Shown here: piece after piece, positions 26,526 through 26,857 of the stretch
Position numbering within the stretch: position 1 is the stretch's first letter
How the letters are laid out: every line of letters starts with the position of its first letter
IMG/VR virus record: IMGVR_UViG_3300020045_002346
Span: 1 to 26,857 of that record
DNA: 26,857 bases
Source of the DNA: a virus
Lineage: Duplodnaviria > Caudoviricetes
Reading direction: 5' to 3' (one strand)
Translations under genes and position numbers: made by a program
The notes under the pieces: model-generated
What the model was told of the DNA's origin: nothing
Databases searched by the model: none
Seen by the model: only the letters and a program-made list of their open reading frames with translations

Positions 26526-26574
26526 AAGCGTTTATTGATTTGGCCTATGTGATTAGGCCAAACTGTAAGCGCTT
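26526..26574 (-). promoter_or_regulatory. Intergenic long hairpin A (candidate RNA processing site)
   Basis: AAGCGCTTA-CAG-TTTGGCCTA[ATCACA]TAGGCCAAA-TCAA-TAAACGCTT. Confidence 0.6.
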
Positions 26575-26798
26575 CAATCGCCGTCATTACCTGACCAGCT
26601 TTCCCAATAACCAATGCGCTCCGGATATTCACCGCGAGTATCGTATATCTCTATCAAGTCCCAATTGCCTGCATTTTCAGACCGTACGTATTTGGCAAGC
26701 CACGCCTTGGCTTCTGACGAATGAGACAGAGTTGCAAGCTCCGTTCTTGATCCGTCCTTTACGTCTACGCCTTCAATTACGATGTATTCGTTTGTCAT
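26574..26798 (-). CDS. Hypothetical acidic protein, 74 aa
   Basis: Linker RBS TAGGAGCATAAGACAATG; stop abuts hairpin A. Confidence 0.75.
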   Translation of the reverse strand: MTNEYIVIEGVDVKDGSRTELATLSHSSEAKAWLAKYVRSENAGNWDLIEIYDTRGEYPERIGYWESWSGNDGD

Positions 26799-26802
26799 TG
26801 TC

Positions 26803-26856
26803 TTATGCTCCTATTGCGTTTGTGAGTGCTTCATACGCTACGCGCTCGACACGTAC
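26803..26856 (-). CDS. 3' end of an upstream gene cut by the window edge
   Basis: Open frame ...VRVERVAYEALTNAIGA* ending at the TAA inside a linker copy. Confidence 0.4.
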   Translation of the reverse strand, partial: VRVERVAYEALTNAIGA

Positions 26857-26857
26857 C

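Larger units (their letters stand above)
24397..26813 (-). repeat. Dispersed start-associated repeat TAGGAGATAAG(A/C)CAATG, 7 copies
   Basis: Copies at 24397-24415, 24841-24857, 24987-25003, 25294-25310, 25507-25523, 26501-26517 and 26796-26813, each ending in a start codon; AAACGCTTAAC precedes three of them (24861-71, 25318-28, 26523-33). Confidence 0.9.
1..26857. mobile_element. Tailed bacteriophage (or prophage) genome segment, podovirus-like, probable alphaproteobacterial host
   Basis: Dense overlapping genes in two convergent arms; virion, tail fibre, lysis and phage replication modules; no host housekeeping genes; no integrase or att site in window. Confidence 0.95.

Noticed and set aside
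25002-26574. Integron attC-like reading of the hairpins (hairpin C runs TAAC...GTTAGG; GTTAAGC matches GTTRRRY)
   Set aside because: In A and B the core-like 7-mer is on the wrong side, the elements are shorter than typical attC sites, G.T pairs favour the sense strand as expected for RNA, and no integron integrase is in the window.

Overview
This window is an internal 26.9 kb segment of a tailed dsDNA phage (podovirus-like), probably of an alphaproteobacterial host, with two convergent arms meeting at about 9410. The + arm (1-9412) holds late genes: three internal virion/ejection proteins, a tail fibre/depolymerase and a four-gene lysis cassette with an M15-type endopeptidase endolysin. The first ejection protein has a lysozyme-like domain; the third is epsilon15 gp17/phiV10-like but is broken by an apparent out-of-frame deletion at about 4600. 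The - arm (9409-26857) holds primase-polymerase/AAA helicase, family A DNA polymerase (Leu762 type), DUF2815 SSB, DUF2800 Cas4-like nuclease, SNF2 helicase, RuvC-like resolvase, many small genes, a tandem sigma70-like promoter, a C5-methyltransferase-like gene and an early array of micro-ORFs. Four signals go beyond the gene list. (i) The early micro-genes are joined by a repeated stop/RBS/start linker (TAGGAGATAAGACAATG, 7 copies). Three junctions also carry long G.U-containing hairpins starting at the upstream stop codon, possibly RNase III-type processing cassettes. (ii) GANTC is nearly absent: one site found by eye versus about 100 expected. (iii) There is a roughly 140 nt highly structured intergenic RNA at 22569-22707. 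(iv) The ejection-protein gene is disrupted. Family assignments come from recalled motifs; no database search or folding program was run.
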